From a virus: a DNA stretch of 64,000 bases. This document shows positions 29,176 to 38,542 of this stretch, in pieces (the stretch's first letter is position 1; every line of letters starts with the position of its first letter). The notes beneath the pieces are model-generated. The model was not told where the DNA came from and ran no database searches. It saw only the letters and a program-made list of their open reading frames with translations. The translations under genes were made by a program, and so were the position numbers. The stretch is from IMG/VR virus record IMGVR_UViG_3300020027_000005, positions 1 to 64,000 of that record, one strand, 5' to 3'.

Positions 29176-31853
29176 TGGCCTACATCTTCGCCTCGAACTC
29201 CGGAGGGATCTTCGCGGCATCGGTGGTTTCCGAAGAGGTGTACGACCCGGTCTTCGATACTCCGATGGACGCAGACTTCATCTACCAGCTGCTCCCGTCG
29301 TTCTACAGAGACCTGATGGACGACAAGGAAGTCTTCTCCGTCACCTGGTCTGGCTTCATGCAGCAGGTGGCGGGCGACCTTCTGAACCTCTGGCAGATCG
29401 ACTACGCGAAATCTTTGCGGGATGTCCCGGTCATTGCTCAACGCAAGTGGGTGCAGCTCGACCTGGTTCGTGAGGTTCCTTTTTCGGAGGAGCCGGGCCT
29501 CGAATTGTCAGGTGCCGCCAGTCAGCTCTTCACGTTCGACATCAATACCGAGCTTCTGAACGGCGTCTACGTCAGTCGGTCTCGCTTCGATGCGACCTAC
29601 CTGCAGCTGATCCGTTTCGTGAACGAGCGGGCTTCTCTCTACTTCTCGGTCGATGTCACCGTCGAGAGTGCTGAGAAGTTCAGCGGGGCGCTCTTCGGGT
29701 ACTTCGGAAATGGGAGTCAGCTCACGGACGGTCTCGTTGCTGCGATTCTCGGGAGTGAGACGGAGGTAGATAAACCCCGAGCTGCAATCATCCATTTCTC
29801 CCCTTCCGGGATGCCGACCGTAGCAGTGTCGGCGCTCACGTTGTCCCTCGACGAGGGCTACAGGCTCGACCTGAACTACACGTCGGGGACAGGCGTAGCT
29901 GTGCTCGAGGTCTACGAGCTGAGGCATCTCAAGGTTGAGGGCACTGCTGGAACTACGGAAGGTGATGAATCCGAGCTCCTCACAAACTTCTTTACGGACG
30001 AATCTGTCGACTTCGAAGCTCTGGAAGTCGTACCCGGCGACATACTCATCGCTTTCGAAACCGAGTACGAAGTTCTGTCGGTCGATGGATCTACGCTTAC
30101 CACGAAGACTATCGGACTCCCTGTTGAGGTTTCCTCAATCGCCTATGAGGTTCGAGGAAGTGCCGTGGTCACTTCCTGCGCGCTCGATATCCCCGGCGAC
30201 GCTTCGGATCCGTCTTTCACCGCCACCAGGTTCGGGACCGCGACTCTCGACATTCGTTCGACGACGGCAGCCATCTTCTCCTCGCTCGCGAGTCTGAAGA
30301 TCAAGGAGCTGCGAGCGGCCACGACGAACTGGCGATTCCTAGATCCCTCGTTCGAGGAGGACGTTCTCACGCTTCCTCGGCTCCAAAATGTCGTTACCTC
30401 GCCTGACATCCTGCTCACCGAGGGAACGGACTACTTCCTCGAAGACTCCACCATCTTCTTCCAAGAACCACCGCTCGAGGGATTGTGGGCAGAGTACGTC
30501 GGCTACGACGAAGCATACATCGCTGACAACTTCGGAGCGAATGTCGGCTTGGTTGCCCCCTCTTCTGACCAGTACAAAGCACGAGTGCGTGGGTTGAACT
30601 TCGCTTTCTGGCAGGGGCCCACGGTGGCTGCTATCCAGAAAGGCGTTCACATTCTCATCGGCCTTCCGATCGCAGAGAAGGCGGGCGTCGTAGAGGTAGT
30701 GAACGAGGCCTTCTCTGGCACCCTCGGCCTCATCACGGTCTCTGGTATCGACTACCTGTTCCCGGTTCTTGTAGGGACCGAGCTCCAGGTCGGGGATGAG
30801 GTCAGCACCTTCGATCCACTCTGTCTCGGGGTGGAGGTGGTCGACTACGTCATCGACCCAGAATGGTTCGTGAACCTCAACATCAACGAGCTCCGGAAGT
30901 TCCACACCTTCGCAGTCCGCATCAACCTCGATGCGTTCTCTCTCGATACGCTCTCTCTGGCGGGGGAGTTCGTTACTCGAATTAAGCCGACTTGGAAGGA
31001 CGAACTCTTCATCGTCTTCAAGGAGCTCGAGGACGACATCATCGTCACGGACGACCTGCTTCTCAATGTCGTTCTGAAACTCTACGATCAGCCGTGCGAA
31101 CTGTTCGTGGCCTATGACTCTGTGGAGTTCGGCGGCGAAGAAGCAGACTGGAAGTACGACCAAGGTCTAGCGGACTGGGACGGGACGAGTGCTGCAATGC
31201 GAGGCACCTCTACCCTTCTCACTGGCATCCTGACAATCACGAATGGTTCCGCCGGTGGTACCGGAGCCGGGAGTGCTTTCCTCGGAGAAATCGGTGGGCC
31301 GGGGGTTGTCGTCGGAAAGAACCTCGCCGTCGGGCTCTATACGACCAGTGCTTTCGGACACACCGTCGCAGGAAGCAACACTTTCACCGACGGATCGGGG
31401 AAGCTCGCCAACTGCGTTGTCGGAGACACTATCGAGATCACCGGAGAAGGGGTTTTTGAAGTCCTCTTGGTGAACTCTCCCATCGAGATTGTTCTCGACG
31501 CTCCTACGGTTTCGGACAACACTGGGGTCACGTGGGAGAACTTCGGCAGGCTCAACAACTGGTCTTCGCTCGCGAGTGTGGCTTCGAACACGGCCCTGAC
31601 CTTCGGCACGATTTCGAGTCTGCCGTCGGGGACCTACCACTTCGCGTTGTTGAACAACGACTACCTCACGGTCTTCTACGATCAGTTCACCGAGTCGTGC
31701 CCAGACGAAGAGTTCGAAATCATCCTCACCTACACCGGAGGAGCGGCTCCTTTCGGGCCCGTTACGGTTCCCGCGGCTACAGGGACGACGGCTCACACCT
31801 TCGCAACGAACGGGGAAGCCTACTCCGTCGTCATCGCGGAATTGACCCCCTGA
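29172..31853 (+). CDS. Baseplate wedge protein (gp7/GpI-like)
   Basis: LLPSFY; NFG..VG...YKARVRGL...QGPT..AI; RIKP motif. Confidence 0.6.
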   Translation: MMAYIFASNSGGIFAASVVSEEVYDPVFDTPMDADFIYQLLPSFYRDLMDDKEVFSVTWSGFMQQVAGDLLNLWQIDYAKSLRDVPVIAQRKWVQLDLVREVPFSEEPGLELSGAASQLFTFDINTELLNGVYVSRSRFDATYLQLIRFVNERASLYFSVDVTVESAEKFSGALFGYFGNGSQLTDGLVAAILGSETEVDKPRAAIIHFSPSGMPTVAVSALTLSLDEGYRLDLNYTSGTGVAVLEVYELRHLKVEGTAGTTEGDESELLTNFFTDESVDFEALEVVPGDILIAFETEYEVLSVDGSTLTTKTIGLPVEVSSIAYEVRGSAVVTSCALDIPGDASDPSFTATRFGTATLDIRSTTAAIFSSLASLKIKELRAATTNWRFLDPSFEEDVLTLPRLQNVVTSPDILLTEGTDYFLEDSTIFFQEPPLEGLWAEYVGYDEAYIADNFGANVGLVAPSSDQYKARVRGLNFAFWQGPTVAAIQKGVHILIGLPIAEKAGVVEVVNEAFSGTLGLITVSGIDYLFPVLVGTELQVGDEVSTFDPLCLGVEVVDYVIDPEWFVNLNINELRKFHTFAVRINLDAFSLDTLSLAGEFVTRIKPTWKDELFIVFKELEDDIIVTDDLLLNVVLKLYDQPCELFVAYDSVEFGGEEADWKYDQGLADWDGTSAAMRGTSTLLTGILTITNGSAGGTGAGSAFLGEIGGPGVVVGKNLAVGLYTTSAFGHTVAGSNTFTDGSGKLANCVVGDTIEITGEGVFEVLLVNSPIEIVLDAPTVSDNTGVTWENFGRLNNWSSLASVASNTALTFGTISSLPSGTYHFALLNNDYLTVFYDQFTESCPDEEFEIILTYTGGAAPFGPVTVPAATGTTAHTFATNGEAYSVVIAELTP

Positions 31854-31862
31854 GGTGGTAGG

Positions 31863-32042
31863 ATGCCCCGAGGTCTCAGATTCAAGGACATTCTGGCCCC
31901 GAAGGGGGACACCTTCCAGGTCAGGCTGAAGAGAAAAGGCGAGGCGGTCGCCGGACTCTACAAGGAAGACCAGAAGGATGAGATTCGGTCCCCTTCTCTC
32001 GACGAGGTTCAGAGTGATCCGAAATCTCCTCACGACGGCTAG
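31863..32042 (+). CDS. Small hypothetical protein (59 aa), not in ORF track
   Basis: Hand-translated MPRGLRFKDILAPKGDTFQVRL...; GAGGTGG upstream; fills the gap. Confidence 0.55.
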   Translation: MPRGLRFKDILAPKGDTFQVRLKRKGEAVAGLYKEDQKDEIRSPSLDEVQSDPKSPHDG

Positions 32043-32052
32043 ACGCTGGTGG

Positions 32053-32589
32053 GTGAACTTCCTGAAGAGGGGAGAGGACTTTACTGACCTCTTCAAACCA
32101 AGGGGAGAGGTCGAAGCTCGGCTCATCTACGCGCACGGTCCGAGGAAGGGAGAGGTTGCCCGTGTCATCCATGGACGCAACATCGTCACCAGCTGGCTTT
32201 CTTCGGGAGGCGCTGCTCCGACATCCGGACGAGACCTTCTCCGTCGAATCCTGGCACCTGCAGCTTTTTCAGGCTCCCTCGCAGCTGACGCTGATGCAAC
32301 GATTCAGCAGGCCTGGCTCGGTTCTGGTACCACCGCGGAGACTTCCAGCGACGAAGGTCTGGAGACTCTGATCGGTGGTTCGGAGAAGATCGTCTCCGAT
32401 GTGGTGTTCGACGCTCTGAATCCCTACGTGACGTTCGTGTTCGAGTGGGACGAGAGTGAAGTGAACGTCTCCATCTCAGAGGCTGGGCTTCTTTCGGGGC
32501 GAGACGACTTCATCGCTCGCAAGACTTTCGGGACCTTCACCAAGACCAGCGATTTCACTCTTGAAATTCGCTGGACGATCAGGTTCTGA
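32053..32589 (+). CDS. Tail-collar / fibre attachment protein
   Basis: NIVT...GR.LL...LGSG...ISEAGL...ARKTF..FTKT....IRWTI. Start uncertain (31978 in the ORF track). Confidence 0.7.
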   Translation: MNFLKRGEDFTDLFKPRGEVEARLIYAHGPRKGEVARVIHGRNIVTSWLSSGGAAPTSGRDLLRRILAPAAFSGSLAADADATIQQAWLGSGTTAETSSDEGLETLIGGSEKIVSDVVFDALNPYVTFVFEWDESEVNVSISEAGLLSGRDDFIARKTFGTFTKTSDFTLEIRWTIRF

Positions 32590-32591
32590 CC

Positions 32592-34346
32592 ATGACCACC
32601 TACAAGACCCTCGACGAGATCACGACGGACCTCGAGCTCATCCAGTACCTGGAACAGCTGAAGTCCGGCAGTCTTCTGGGCAACGTCGGGATCAATAGAT
32701 CTCTCGAACGGCTGGCCACGAACCTCGATGTGGTTCTCGAAGCTCTTCAGGGAGCCAAGGCCACCTTCATGGAGGGGGGCGGAACCATCGGGTTCACCGC
32801 CAACACCCTGACTTTCTCGTCCAACCTCACTCTGCATTTTCCTGGGATGCTGGGCTCGGTCAAGACGAATGTGATCAGTACTGTCGACTCCCCGGTGGCG
32901 ACGCTCACTGCCGGGAAGGTCGGGTACGTCATCCTCGATCGAAACACGGACGGAGCGACTGTTGCTCTCGACGTTGCAGCTTCGATGACGGCTTTCATCA
33001 CGCTGCTCGCAGGAGATACGGCCCGACTCGACTACCAGATCATCTTCATCGCCACGACCGATGGCCTCACCTTCTTCGATGGTCGGAGACTTCGAGAGGG
33101 CTTCTCCATCACGGCGGATGGGTTCGTCGACTCGCAGTACGGCCAGCAGTCCGAGGTCACGACGGTTCACGAGAACCAGAAGGAGAATGTCCGGTTCTTC
33201 CTCACGGGAGGCGGAGACATCTCCTGGGACGTGAGCAGCACGTTCTTCACCTGGTCTTCGGCGATCATCATCGAGTTCCCGAGTTCGGTTGGAAACAACC
33301 GAATCCTGGCGGGTTCTTCCCCTGCCACGATTCCGGCAGGCTCGTTGATGTACGTCACCCTCACTCGAGACCCCGGAGGTGTGGTCAACGTCTCTCCGAC
33401 CATCGCGGTCATCGGCTCGGCCCCAGACACGGACAACGTCCTCGTTCTGGCGATGCACAAGTCCGACGGGAGGCTCTACCTCTGGAACGGCCAGAGCCTC
33501 GTCGACGGAGAGACGACCCGTCTCGGAGGCGTCCAGTCCGGCATTCAGTGGATGTTCCGAGCTCTGGGGACGGGGACCCAGTCTGCGGACTTCACGGTCG
33601 GTGGAGCCTTTCCGAACCGCTCGTACCGGGTGGGAACCGGGGAGCTCATGGTCTACCGAAACGGGTTGAAGCAGCGTGCCTCGAACGCGTTTTGGAACGG
33701 AATCAATCCCGCAGGAGCTCTGGTTGGCTCCATCACCGAGTTCGACCACTACGTGGAAGAGAGACAGGACGCTTCAGGAACGGGGATTCGGATCTTTTGG
33801 CTTCGAGACGACGGGACTGCACTCGGTCATCCGGACGCCACCCATGATCCCGAGTGGGAATGGCCCGACAGTGACGACTATGTCGAGGCCTTCATCGGTC
33901 TTCAGGGAGAAGGGTCGGACGAGACCGACCTCTCTGCTTTCCAGGGGACCTCTTCCGTCAGCGTGACCGAGGTCGCCCCGGGGGTCTTGGAGTTCGAAGT
34001 TCCCGCTCCGAGAGGGGCAGGGCTCGCGAACTCTTCGACTCCAGGCGTGGGGAACCCTTACGCGGTCTGGAGCGACTTCGACCTGATGAGCGGGTTCGAA
34101 ACCGTGTGGTCCACCCAAGGAACGACCCGGGCCATCTTCACCGGAGGTGGAGTTCTTCGGTCGAATGGAGTGGCCTACAGAAGCACGACTACTGCAAACC
34201 GAGTCTCGATCCTCGATTCCCAGATCTTCCCGGCCGACACTCTGACCCCGAGTGCGTGGAACTACGTCTACCTCTACCCGGCGGTCACTTCAGGAGATCC
34301 GCCTCGAGGCGTGGTGGCGAGCCTGGCGCCCGACAACACTAACTAA
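32592..34346 (+). CDS. Tail fibre-like protein, N-terminal part (ends at an in-frame TAA)
   Basis: Two GGG.I.(F/W)...T(F/W)SS modules; LMVYRNG module; the frame continues past the stop. Confidence 0.75.
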   Translation: MTTYKTLDEITTDLELIQYLEQLKSGSLLGNVGINRSLERLATNLDVVLEALQGAKATFMEGGGTIGFTANTLTFSSNLTLHFPGMLGSVKTNVISTVDSPVATLTAGKVGYVILDRNTDGATVALDVAASMTAFITLLAGDTARLDYQIIFIATTDGLTFFDGRRLREGFSITADGFVDSQYGQQSEVTTVHENQKENVRFFLTGGGDISWDVSSTFFTWSSAIIIEFPSSVGNNRILAGSSPATIPAGSLMYVTLTRDPGGVVNVSPTIAVIGSAPDTDNVLVLAMHKSDGRLYLWNGQSLVDGETTRLGGVQSGIQWMFRALGTGTQSADFTVGGAFPNRSYRVGTGELMVYRNGLKQRASNAFWNGINPAGALVGSITEFDHYVEERQDASGTGIRIFWLRDDGTALGHPDATHDPEWEWPDSDDYVEAFIGLQGEGSDETDLSAFQGTSSVSVTEVAPGVLEFEVPAPRGAGLANSSTPGVGNPYAVWSDFDLMSGFETVWSTQGTTRAIFTGGGVLRSNGVAYRSTTTANRVSILDSQIFPADTLTPSAWNYVYLYPAVTSGDPPRGVVASLAPDNTN

Positions 34347-34835
34347 AATAAACACCCCTCGGATGAGGACTACAAATTCCTCACGTCTGTCTTCGTTGGC
34401 GGTGGGCAGTTCCGATCCTTCGTGAAGCAAGGGAGTCTCGTCACTCTCGGCTTCGACCACGACATCGTGACGGCTTTTGCAGCCCTCTCCTTCTCTGGAG
34501 TCAGCTCCTTCACTGCGGTGGACTTCACCGGAGCTTTTCTGCCGAAAGGCGTGCGCCAAGCTCGCATCAAACTCTTCCTGACTCTCGACTCGGTGGCAGC
34601 TCCGGTCGGGACCCGAATCACCGTTCGGGGTCGAATTCCTGGGTTCAACACCTTCAGGTCCTACTCGGCAGTTCGAGGCTCTGACGCTAGCGTGATCATC
34701 GAGATGGACCTGTTGCTGGACCACAATGATCGGATGGAGTTCAGCGGAGACGCCTCCATCACTGCGATTTCGGCCGCAGCTCTGATCTCCTACGTCGAAG
34801 GTCGGTACACCGTGGCCGACAACATGGGGGCGTAG
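34347..34835 (+). CDS. In-frame C-terminal continuation of the tail fibre-like gene
   Basis: Same frame as 32592 and open from 34347; no convincing RBS before GTG 34422. Confidence 0.6.
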   Translation, partial: NKHPSDEDYKFLTSVFVGGGQFRSFVKQGSLVTLGFDHDIVTAFAALSFSGVSSFTAVDFTGAFLPKGVRQARIKLFLTLDSVAAPVGTRITVRGRIPGFNTFRSYSAVRGSDASVIIEMDLLLDHNDRMEFSGDASITAISAAALISYVEGRYTVADNMGA

Positions 34836-34838
34836 GCC

Positions 34839-36128
34839 ATGCCGGGACTCAAGAGAGAACAGGGCAACGATCTCGAGTCTGCGACCACAGCGCGGCAGGA
34901 TCGGAACTTCGCACTCACCGACGGTGGAATCATCACCTGGGACGCGGGAACCGGAGAGTTGGCCTGGGCCGGAACTCTCCGAGTCCGAATCCCAGGAGAG
35001 ACCGTTATCGGCATTGCAGCTGGAAGCGTGACGGGTCTCACCTCCGCCAATGACACCATCTTCATCGACGTGGACCGAGATGCTGGGACCATCAGTGCCC
35101 CGGGTCAGTCCGAGCTGGACAACGCTGGCAATCTCTCCGACGGACGCGTCGTTCTGGCGGTTCGAGGCATCGATGGGAAGCTCTACTTTCGGAACGGAAC
35201 GGTCTTCACAGACGGGGACGTCAAGACCTTCGGGTCTCTGAATTCTGCGACCGATCGGAACGAGCTCATCGCCAACGGAGCGGCTGTCAAGAACGTAGGT
35301 TTCACGTTCCTTCCGGCCAGCAATCAGCTCGTGGTCTACGTTGGCGGCATTCTTCAGAAGCTCGGTCTTCACTACGTCGAGACGGGGACAACCCAGGTCA
35401 CCTTCGAGGACGAGTACATCCCGTCGGTCGGTGAGCTCGTCACGTTCATGAACGTGGTCGGCGGAGAGGGTCCTCCAGGAACGAGCAGTCTTCAGTCCGC
35501 CTACGACAATGGAACCTTGATCGAGGCCGTGGATGAAGCTCCGGTTCAGCTCAAGTCTGGGGACGAAGGTACGGAGGTCCTCCTCCAGATCGGACATCCC
35601 TCCAGTACTGGAGGTTTGGCAGCCGCCAAGGTCGACCGAGACGGAGAGCTCACGGTCAACCGGATCGTTCTTCGAGATCTCACCAATGGAACCAAGGCTT
35701 TCATTTTTGAGGTCGACCAAAATGGTGCTCTTCGGATTCGTGCTTCTGCATCTGGGGCCGAGTACGGAATCCGACTCAACGACGACGACACCGGAATCGA
35801 GTTCGGGAAGTTCGAAGACGTCAATGACGCCGGAGAATCTGGCGGAGCCTTCCGAACCACAACCTTCAGCGGAACGACCTCCGGAGTCGCAGAGACGAAT
35901 GTCGCAACCGGATTCACGACCATCCGAGGAGTGATCGTCTCCGTCTTCCACTCCACCCTGGGGCGATACCTGGTCAGCGGCTTTGCCGACGCTGCTTCCG
36001 CTTCCCGAGAGTTCTACGTCTCCTGGACTGCGGCAGGGGTCGTGACTGTCTCCGGGGCTTCGAATGGGACTGGAGTTTTGCCGACTGCTCTTCAAGGGCA
36101 GAATTGCAAGATCCTGGTCTTCCACTAG
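34839..36128 (+). CDS. Tail fibre-like protein
   Basis: Shares LTDGGIITWD and LVVYVGGILQ...YVE modules with the preceding gene; SLQSAYDNG motif. Confidence 0.75.
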   Translation: MPGLKREQGNDLESATTARQDRNFALTDGGIITWDAGTGELAWAGTLRVRIPGETVIGIAAGSVTGLTSANDTIFIDVDRDAGTISAPGQSELDNAGNLSDGRVVLAVRGIDGKLYFRNGTVFTDGDVKTFGSLNSATDRNELIANGAAVKNVGFTFLPASNQLVVYVGGILQKLGLHYVETGTTQVTFEDEYIPSVGELVTFMNVVGGEGPPGTSSLQSAYDNGTLIEAVDEAPVQLKSGDEGTEVLLQIGHPSSTGGLAAAKVDRDGELTVNRIVLRDLTNGTKAFIFEVDQNGALRIRASASGAEYGIRLNDDDTGIEFGKFEDVNDAGESGGAFRTTTFSGTTSGVAETNVATGFTTIRGVIVSVFHSTLGRYLVSGFADAASASREFYVSWTAAGVVTVSGASNGTGVLPTALQGQNCKILVFH

Positions 36129-36136
36129 GAGAAGTC

Positions 36137-36475
36137 TTGTACAACTGCCTCATCGACGCCAAGACCGGAGAAGTCATCGTCTGTACTCGTGGAAGAGTCT
36201 TCCTCCAGGCAGGGCAGTCGCTCGTTCAGTCTCCAGAACCTCTCGAGCCGCCGTCGGACTACATCTACGACTTCCACACCCAGATGATCTTGGAGAAGAC
36301 GGACGAGCGGAAGCAGCAGGAACGCGCGCTTTCGAAAGCCATCTCTGAGGGTGCCGAAGCCGAACAAGTCGTTCGTCTGGAGGACCTGAAGGCGAAGGTC
36401 GAGGCCATCAAAGATGGGAAGACGAAAGACGCCATCAAGTCTCTGGCCGCCTACCTGGGCGTAAAGCTGGACTGA
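36137..36475 (+). CDS. Putative tail fibre assembly chaperone
   Basis: Small ORF after the fibre genes; AGGAG RBS before a TTG start. Confidence 0.5.
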   Translation: MYNCLIDAKTGEVIVCTRGRVFLQAGQSLVQSPEPLEPPSDYIYDFHTQMILEKTDERKQQERALSKAISEGAEAEQVVRLEDLKAKVEAIKDGKTKDAIKSLAAYLGVKLD

Positions 36476-36480
36476 AGGCG

Positions 36481-36517
36481 AAAAAAGGAAGGGGGATGGA
36501 TTTCTCCACCCCCCTTC
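36481..36517 (-). terminator. Intrinsic terminator between convergent operons
   Basis: GAAGGGGG-A-TGGA/TTTC/TCCA-C-CCCCCTTC stem preceded by A6, which gives a U-tail on the minus strand. Confidence 0.75.
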
Positions 36518-36576
36518 GGTTTCACCACCACCACCGACAACCCTCGACCTAGCCGTTGCTAGTCAGGGTCGTAACC

Positions 36577-37671
36577 TCACTCGCTGGGCGCTGCCCATCC
36601 GAGCTCGGCGTGGATCTTCCGACGGACGACCTTCGGGAAGACGATCTTGTGGGCTTCCTTCACCCCGACCTGCTCGGCGAGCTTCCGAAGCTCCTCGAGG
36701 GACAGCTTCTTGAGGCTCTCCGGGGTGATCTCGAGCTCTGCGATCAGGGCCGCCTTGTCCGTGTCCCCTGCCTCGGGCGGGAGCTTGGTCTCGGTTGCGG
36801 CTGCCCGCGCCTTCATGGCCTTCGTCGGAGTGGGGGTCTTGGTCGACTCCGCCTCCTCCACCTGCTCGACCTTCGCGGCCTTCGTCGGCTTCACGACCGG
36901 AGTCGGCCGCTGGGCCGGGCTGTCGGTGACGTGGGTCTCGACGGGGTTGAGCTCGATCTCCCCGTAGAACTCGGAGAGCTTCTTCAGGGTCTGGTTCAGA
37001 GCCTCCTGGTTCCGGAGAACCGTGTCGAGGTAGGCACGGAGAACCGTGTAGTTCGCGTCTGCCGAGTTCGACACCGCCTCGAAGGCGTCCGCCAGACCCT
37101 CACGGAGAGTCCGGAGCTCCTCGAAGACCGGGCCGACATCCTGGGCCTCTTCCACTGCAGGATCGGGCTCCTTCTTTCGGAACTCGACGACCTTGCGCTC
37201 TTCCTTCTGTTCGTTCACCTGGACTTCCCCCTCGGCCACCGGAGCGGCCGTTTTCTGCGGCTTGTGTACTCCGTTGGTCGCGCCGTTCTTGAGCACGATC
37301 TTCGGAAGGAGTTCGGCGGACTTCTTCAGGACCTCTTCGTTGAGAGGTCCCTGGGTGTACATGGCTCCGATGTCTTCGGCCGTGATGGCCTCACCGGCGT
37401 CCGACTTGTCGAGGACCGCCATGACTCCTGCGACATTGATCGGGTACTTGGTTCCCCCTCCGATGTCGTAGATCGCGGCCCCGTAGTCGAAGGTCCCCGC
37501 CCGCTTCGCATCGATCAGACGGGCCAGGTCATGCTGCTTGGAGAACTGGCCGAAGGCCCGGACGACGGAGGGCTGAGCCCTTCCGAACACTTCCTGGGCC
37601 AGCTTGATCATGGTCGGGCGGTTGTCGAGGATGTTGTTCGTGGGGGTGTTCACATCGATTGCGGTACTCAT
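36577..37671 (-). CDS. Hypothetical protein with C-terminal Rho-N / HeH-like domain
   Basis: LKKLSLEELRKLAEQVGV; coiled-coil middle; strong codon bias. Confidence 0.7.
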   Translation of the reverse strand: MSTAIDVNTPTNNILDNRPTMIKLAQEVFGRAQPSVVRAFGQFSKQHDLARLIDAKRAGTFDYGAAIYDIGGGTKYPINVAGVMAVLDKSDAGEAITAEDIGAMYTQGPLNEEVLKKSAELLPKIVLKNGATNGVHKPQKTAAPVAEGEVQVNEQKEERKVVEFRKKEPDPAVEEAQDVGPVFEELRTLREGLADAFEAVSNSADANYTVLRAYLDTVLRNQEALNQTLKKLSEFYGEIELNPVETHVTDSPAQRPTPVVKPTKAAKVEQVEEAESTKTPTPTKAMKARAAATETKLPPEAGDTDKAALIAELEITPESLKKLSLEELRKLAEQVGVKEAHKIVFPKVVRRKIHAELGWAAPSE

Positions 37672-37689
37672 CTTCTTTTCTCCCCTTCT

Positions 37690-38094
37690 TCAGTCAACCA
37701 GGTCATGGTTCACGGTGTAGCATTCGATCACGATTCTAGAGGGGCAAGCCGGACAGTCCAGATTGCACGGCATGGAACTGGCCATGAGCCGTTGATTGTC
37801 CTGTACGAACTTTGCGGTCCTCTCACGGATCGATTGAACCTGGTCTTCGGGGACAGGACTTTCCCGCTGGAACCAGACCAGGTCCACGAGTTCTTCCCTT
37901 GGAAGGAGCCGAGACGCGGTCTCGAATCCTACGAGATGTGCGAGTTCTACTAACTCTGACTCGCTCATTTCTACTACATCTTCAGGGTCATATTTCAACC
38001 CTGCGGGCTCCTTCTTTTTCTTCTTTGGAGCCTCTGGAGCTTTCTGATGAACGGTTAGCAGCTTTCGCAGCCGATCATCGGTTTTACCAGCCAT
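37690..38094 (-). CDS. Hypothetical protein with C-terminal Cys cluster
   Basis: CNLDCPACP...C. Confidence 0.7.
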   Translation of the reverse strand: MAGKTDDRLRKLLTVHQKAPEAPKKKKKEPAGLKYDPEDVVEMSESELVELAHLVGFETASRLLPREELVDLVWFQRESPVPEDQVQSIRERTAKFVQDNQRLMASSMPCNLDCPACPSRIVIECYTVNHDLVD

Positions 38095-38542
38095 CTTCGT
38101 CACTCTCGATGATCACCCCTTCGAGTGGTCTCAACCAAGCCACCAACCTCTCTTCTCCAAGAGTGATCCTTTTGTGGGCGTGGACGTCGAAGTTGTTCCG
38201 GTCCCGTATTCCGACGACTGTCGCAATGCAGTCTTCCGCGAGCTTGATCAAGTTCGTGGTATCGATGTCGGCGAATGGGGATTTCACTCTCTTGTCCACG
38301 CCGTACGTCAGGTTCAAGACCGTTTCTTCGAGCATGTAGAAGAAGAGGTTGAGCTCGTAGGGTTCGTTCTGTTGAGGGTTGAACGCCATGAGGTCCGCAG
38401 GAGGAACTCCTCCACCTCGGAGGATGAAGTCGTTCTTGTACTTCCTCCCCTGGGTCGTAAGAATCTTCCGGCCACCTTTCACCAAGTACAGGTGGTTTAC
38501 AGATTCCGGCAGTCCTACATACTCGAATCGCAGAGCTTTCAC
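38084..38542 (-). CDS. rusA: RusA-like Holliday junction resolvase
   Basis: P.SVN.LY; DIDTTNLIKLAEDCI...IRDR matches the RusA D-x-D-N-x-x-K-x-x-x-D motif loosely. GTGA overlap gives the start at 38542. Confidence 0.75.
   Translation of the reverse strand: MKALRFEYVGLPESVNHLYLVKGGRKILTTQGRKYKNDFILRGGGVPPADLMAFNPQQNEPYELNLFFYMLEETVLNLTYGVDKRVKSPFADIDTTNLIKLAEDCIATVVGIRDRNNFDVHAHKRITLGEERLVAWLRPLEGVIIESDEDGW

Noticed and set aside
34344-34346. Genome-wide stop codon reassignment
   Set aside because: TAA, TAG and TGA all end coupled genes normally elsewhere; only one interruption was seen.
16445-36125. Long minus-strand ORFs opposite structural genes (e.g. 520, 499, 515, 441, 611 aa)
   Set aside because: Antisense shadows rich in R/D/V/G with no recognisable domains.
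32592-36128. Diversity-generating retroelement
   Set aside because: No reverse transcriptase or template/variable repeat pair is visible in the window.
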